Assembly (NCBI GenBank): GCA_002633005.1
Contig: NMRA01001218.1
Span: forward strand, 1 to 38,896
Length of the DNA: 38,896 bases
Direction of reading: 5' to 3'
Source: Phoronis australis
Taxonomy: Eukaryota; Animalia; Phoronida
Below the pieces are notes generated by a model. It was not told the DNA's origin, made no database searches, and saw only the letters and a list, made by a program, of their open reading frames with translations. The position numbers and the translations under genes were made by a program. Shown one piece after another: positions 33,558 to 38,896 of this stretch (positions within the stretch are counted from its first letter, which is position 1; each line of letters starts with the position of its first letter).

Positions 33558-36500
33558 GGGAGCGTTGTTTGGACCTGAAGCATTAAAATGCTTGTCAGCT
33601 GTGGGCAACTCAAGTCAAGATCAAGAACTGTTACAGAAATTGGGAATTTGCCAAGAGCTGCGCTTGAGTTTGTTGAACTTAAAGAGCAAGGAGGTTCCTG
33701 GAGGACTGACTCTTTGTCAAAGTTTAGTGAACCTTGATATGTCATGTAATGAACTGACTTCTATTCCAGATGGCATTTTTTCGCTGTCGCATCTAGAATC
33801 ATTGAATTTGTCTCTCAACAGGCTTACAGAAATACCTTCTGACATAAAAGCACTGGCAGAATTGAAAGATGTTAACCTGTCTCACAATCAGAAATTAAGA
33901 GACATTACTTCAGTCTGTCAATGTATCAAACTGCGAAGGTTAGTGGTACATGACAACCAGTTAGTGAATATTCCAGTTGAAATAGTGAATATCATAGAGC
34001 TGGAGGAGATTGATTTATCAAATAATCATATCAGAGACTTTGATTCACTGGTTACTTGTGCCAAACTGAGAAAGGTATTATTATGGGTTAACAAGTTGGG
34101 GATTATTCCAGCTGAAGTAGGGAAGCTGAGTGAATTGGAAGAGATTGATTTATCAAATAATCAGATCAGAGACTTTGATTCACTGGTAACTTGTGCCAAA
34201 CTGAGAAAGGTATTATTACGGGGTAACAAGTTGAGGAGTATTCCAGCTGAAGTAGGGAAGCTGAGTGAATTGGAAGAGATTGATTTGTCATGTAATAAGA
34301 TCAGAGACTTTGATTCACTGGTTACGTGTGCCAAACTGAGAAAGGTATCATTACACTCTAACACGTTGGCGAGTATTCCAGCCGAAGTAGGGAAGCTGAG
34401 TGAATTGGAGGAGATTGATTTGTCAAATAATCAGATCAGAGACTTTGATTCACTGGTTACTTGTGCCAAACTGAGAAAGGTATTATTACGGGGTAACAAG
34501 TTGGGGAGTATTCCAGCTGAAGTAGGGAAGCTGAGTGAATTGGAGGAGATTGATTTGTCAAATAATCAGATCAGAGACTTTGATTCACAGGTAACTTGTG
34601 CCAAAGTGAGAAAGGTATTATTACGGGGTAACAAGTTGAGGAGTATTCCAGCTGAAGTAGGGAAGCTGAGTGAATTGGACGAGATTGATTTATCATGTAA
34701 TAAGATCAGAGACTTTGATTCACTGGTTACTTTTGCCAAAGTGAGAAAGGTATCATTACATCATAACAAGTTGGCGAGTATTCCAGCCGAAGTAGGGAAG
34801 CTGAGTGAATTGGAAGAGATTGATTTATCAGATAATCAGATCAGAGACTTTGATTCACTGGTAACTTGTGCCAAACTGAGAAAGGTATTATTATGGGGTA
34901 ACAAGTTGGGGAGTATTGCAGCCGAAGTAGGGAAGCTGAGTGAATTGGAAGACATTGATTTATCAGATAATCAGATCAGAGAGTTTGATTCACTGGTTAT
35001 TTGTGCCAAACTGAGAAAGGTATTATTACAGGGTAACAAGTTGGGGAGTATTCCAGCCGAAGTAGGGAAGCTGAGTGAATTGGAAGAGATTGATTTATCA
35101 GATAATCAGATCAGAGACTTTGATTCACTGGTAACTTGTGCCAAACTGAGAAAGGTATTATTATGGGGTAACAAGTTGGGGAGTATTGCAGCCGAAGTAG
35201 GGAAGCTGAGTGAATTGGAAGACATTGATTTATCAGATAATCAGATCAGAGAGTTTGATTCACTGGTTATTTGTGCCAAACTGAGAAAGGTATTATTACA
35301 GGGTAACAAGTTGGGGAGTATTCCAGCCGAAGTAGGGAAGCTGAGTGAATTGGAAGAGATTGATTTATCAGATAATCAGATCAGAGACTTTGATTCACTG
35401 GTAACTTGTGCCAAACTGAGAAAGGTATTATTACGGGGTAACAAGTTGGGGAGTATTCCAGCCGAAGTAGGGAAGCTGAGTGAATTGGAAGAGATTGATT
35501 TATCAGATAATCAGATCAGCGACTTTGATTCACTGGTTACTTGTGCCAAACTGAGAAAGGTATTATTACGGGTTAACAACTTGGGGAGTATTCCAGCTGA
35601 AGCAGGGAAGCTGAGTGAATTGGAAGAGATTAATTTATCAGATAATCATATCAGAAAGTTTGATTCACTGGTTACTTGTGCCAAACTGAGAGAGGTGATA
35701 CTGTCGTGTAATCTGATCAAAGTTATTCCACCCAGTATTGGAAATATGAAGCAGCTTGAGAACCTTGACCTATCCAATGATGAGATGAGAGGATTTCCTC
35801 GGTTGCCGTATAATTTCCTTGATGAAACTGATGATACATGCAATGACATCTGTAGCCTCCCAGATGAAGTATGCCAGTTAAAGAAACTAAGATTTCTTGA
35901 CTTGCAGAACAATTCATTACATCAACTTCCAATCCACATTGATCATTGTGATTCTCTCCAGTTGTTGTGTCTTGATGGTAACCCTTTAACAAGGCCACCT
36001 TTGGAAGTATGCGAAAGTGGTGTAAAGGCCATATTCCAGTATTTCATGGATCTGCGACAAAGTGAAAGCAGGGTCAGAAAACAGCAGGTGGTCTTCCTGG
36101 GAGAGACCGGAGCTGGTAAAACTAGCTTGGCTAGAACATTGGTAAACAATCAGTCATCTTTAGCTGATCCTGCGGACCGCACTCGTGTCCTTGATCGATA
36201 CGTTTTGAAAGTAAGCAATGATTTACAATTACAGATTACGGACTTTGGTGGCCACCATGTCTATGAGTTGGCTCATACATTCTTTTTGACGTCGGAAGTA
36301 ATTGCTTCATTAGTTGTGGATTTGTCGCGGTATGATGACGACAACTACATGAATTTCGCGGGTCGGTGGCTGGGTACATTAATGGCCATGTCGTGGAAGT
36401 CTACTGTGATTGTTGTTGGAACTCACAGTGACTGTTGTGCTGAAGAAGAGATTGAGAGAAAGAAGAAGGACTTGTTAGGTCGCATCAAAGATCAACATCG

Positions 36501-37804
36501 CAGGATGATCTCTGATGTTGAAGCGCAACGGGGAAGAATCATCTTGACAATGAACCAGTATGATGACAAAACAAAGTTCCATGGTTACGTTCGATACCTT
36601 GAAGACATTCGCAAGAGCAAGGAAAGGCACTTGGAATCACTGCGGTCCAACTTCAATTTAATTGACGACATCTTTGTGACGAGTTCGCATTCTCTGCATG
36701 GTATTCCAGAATTCAAGTCTCAACTACTTACAGTTTGTGACAAAAAGGCAGCAACATTGCCTGGTTTATGGCTGGCAATACAAGACATCATGGATGGGCA
36801 GAGTGATGAACCCTGCATAGAGCTCGAGAAATTCTATGAAATTGTGCGTCGGGGTTTCACTGTTCGTGAGTTGCCTACAGATGATATTCAGCACACTGCT
36901 GCAGTGTTACTTTCGTATCAACATCAGTGTGGAAATTACTTATGGTTTGAAGATGATGAGCAGCTTAAAGCGCATATCTTCCATCGACCTGATTTTGTTG
37001 TTGAGTTTTTGAAAGGTATTTTTCATCATAACATGGATAGTCAACTGGATCAGAGTAATCAAGATTTTGACTTCACAACTTTCACCAACAAAGGTTTCAA
37101 GAAAGCAAAAGAGGATTTCTTGAAGTGTGGTCTCATTTCAACGGATCTTCTGCGGTGTCTCTTGAAGCGACATGTGAGCGTCGAATCTTTGTTTGACACT
37201 TTGTTACATCTCCTGGAAAAATTCTGTCTATGTTTCCCTGTTCGCAAAATAGACCATGGCAGCATTCTTTGCTTTCCATGGTTCCTTGCCAATGACCAGC
37301 CTGATGAGATGAAAGTGAAGTGGCCAAAGAAGCCAAGCAAACATCAGTACCAAATCGAGTTTCATTTTTCAAGGCAGTGTCCTGAAGCTTTCTTTGAGCT
37401 GGCCATTGTTAGGGTGCATCAGTGCTTTGGACCATTTTTGCGGGATGTTGTGACATGGAAAAATGGTGTTTACTTCCACAAAGGTCACGACAAGATAAGG
37501 ATGTCCAAAGTATGTGTTAATGACGATGTCATTCTACGACTTGCAGTGCGGGGTGAACAAGTTACTAAGTCGTTGTGGCCTAGTTTGATGAAAGCATACC
37601 ACGCAGTTGTTGGTCTTTTAGTAAGTAAGTGGCCGGGAGCTTCGTATGACATCTTCTATGTTTGTCCTCATTGTCTATGCTGTGAAGTTGCTGAACCTAC
37701 TTTGTATCCAGCACATGATCTGCAAAACTTTCTGTTTGGTGAAGAATTCCTACCATGTGACAACAGTGATGAAGGGGTTCTAAAAGTGGATGAGGTTGTA
37801 CCAG
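33558..37804 (+). CDS. ROCO protein (LRR-Roc-COR), MFHAS1/MASL1-like; giant internal exon
   Basis: Acceptor tttattttattttacAG at 33557, donor CAG|GTAATA at 37805. More than 30 LRRs; linker GNPLTRPPLEVCESGVKAIFQY; P-loop GETGAGKTS (36100); DFGGH (36241); THSD (36421); helical insertion in Roc; COR motifs (HQCGNYLWF, FPWFL, WKNGV); CPHC. Confidence 0.95.
33994..35697 (+). repeat. Coding tandem array, ~12.6 x 135 bp (45 aa = one 22-aa plus one 23-aa LRR)
   Basis: Unit starts at 33994, 34129, 34264, 34399, 34534, 34669, 34804, 34939, 35074, 35209, 35344, 35479, 35614; consensus SELEEIDLSxNxIRDFDSLVTCAKLRKVxLxxNxLxSIPAEVGKL. Confidence 0.98.
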
Positions 37805-38538
37805 GTAATACACTAATAAAGTCACTATTCATCAAGTTATCTAGTAAATGAAGAACTGACTTTGAAGTGTGTGTACAGAAAAAATATGGCCATCTGTTGC
37901 GATAAGGTCGGAGGACTTTAATTGGGTGATTTAGAGCACCAATTCTAAGTGTCTTGACGATTCTATCTCAAAGTGGATGTAATTTCTGTGCTTGGAAAGA
38001 CCTTAGAATTCTGGAGTTGGCTTGTCATGAAAGGCCATTATATTTGCCAAATTATATTGTCAAGGAAAAGTGAGCTGTCATTATATCCAAGTATAGAGGA
38101 TCCTGATGAGTCTGTTTCATGAAAAGTGGCTTAAATAATTTGTACAAATTTTCACTGTAAGCAAAAGTTATGGATATAACACGAGTGTTAAGTATATTTT
38201 ATAAATAGTTATGTTGAGCATGAGACCAAATTTCTGTCTTAAATCATTTTTCATAAAACAGATCTTAGTAGTATGGTTGAAATCAAAAGTTTAGTTTTAA
38301 TCAAGTTGCTAAACTGTCAAGCAGTAAGATTTGGGCCGAGGACTTACACAAAACATTTTTTCTGTGACTTGTATGTGACCTTTGAGAAGTTCCAAATTCT
38401 CCCTCTTAATTCTCTAGTTTTAATAATTTAGTGAAGGTCATGAAGTTGTAAATATCTTGTAGCCTGTTTAAGAAATTAAACGCGTGTATCGACAAATTTA
38501 AATATGACCATGTACATAAGGTTTTAATTTGTGTTTAG

Positions 38539-38609
38539 GTTCCTTTTCTGTACCAACTGAAGGACAGCTGTTTGAGGCACAGAAAGGTTTTGACATTTGT
38601 CAGCGAAAG
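38539..38609 (+). CDS. Next ROCO exon (C-terminal region; gene probably continues)
   Basis: ttttaatttgtgtttAG acceptor, phase 1 matching 37804, (G)SFSVPTEGQLFEAQKGFDICQRK, donor AAG|GTAAGA. Confidence 0.8.
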
Positions 38610-38896
38610 GTAAGAAGTAATTTAAACTGCACTAGTTTTTTATAAACGCTCTAGTTTTCTAGCCAATACTCGACCGTTTTAGGATTGATTTCCGATTCTA
38701 GTTTTCATGACTTGTAATGTTCGCTTCTTGTTTGATTTGTTTTTGCATTGTCCTACCTTGCAGTGTCGCACAAAGCAGGTCGAGATAACTTTTGGGCAGA
38801 TAAAATTGAGTTCATAATTCTTCTTCTCAAGGTGTGTTAGATTACAGTTTGAAATCCTTAATGTGCCCGTCCCTGTTTGTATTTTAAAGACGGTAT

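Noticed and set aside
33565-33567. TTG start codon of the 1428-aa ORF
   Set aside because: A strong splice acceptor lies 7 nt upstream; this is an internal exon of a eukaryotic gene.
34070-35570. AAG|GTA in every LRR unit as exitron sites or RSS-like signals
   Set aside because: No polypyrimidine tract before the AG and no heptamer/nonamer; recurrence follows trivially from tandem repetition.
34161-37372. Antisense ORFs over the ROCO exon
   Set aside because: Shadow frames of the coding strand.

Overview
Eukaryotic, intron-rich, AT-rich DNA that reads like a marine invertebrate genome (taxon not determinable), with N-gaps at 688-1426 and 22913-22929. The main gene is a + strand MFHAS1/MASL1-type ROCO protein (LRR-Roc GTPase-COR). 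Its giant exon (33558-37804) carries about 12.6 near-identical 135-bp tandem units, each encoding two LRRs, and amino-acid variation is concentrated at the exposed xxN positions of the LRR strand. This resembles a recombination-diversified immune receptor. Splice phases allow the model 1849-2066 / ~30-kb intron / 32453-32530 / 33558-37804 / 38539-38609, probably continuing beyond. The putative intron is mostly transposon debris: a tandem Helentron/HINE-like array, a HIRAN-like pseudogene split by a CAGGG-ended element, a CAC...GTG element with a 5-bp TSD (Transib/RAG-type signature), a Harbinger MITE, several hAT-like MITEs, a Penelope 3' fragment, a decayed ISL2EU-type THAP+YqaJ transposon and a fold-back hairpin. 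It also seems to hold an antisense multi-exon gene for a small single-pass membrane protein that the ORF track misses. All calls are from reading the sequence; no searches were run.
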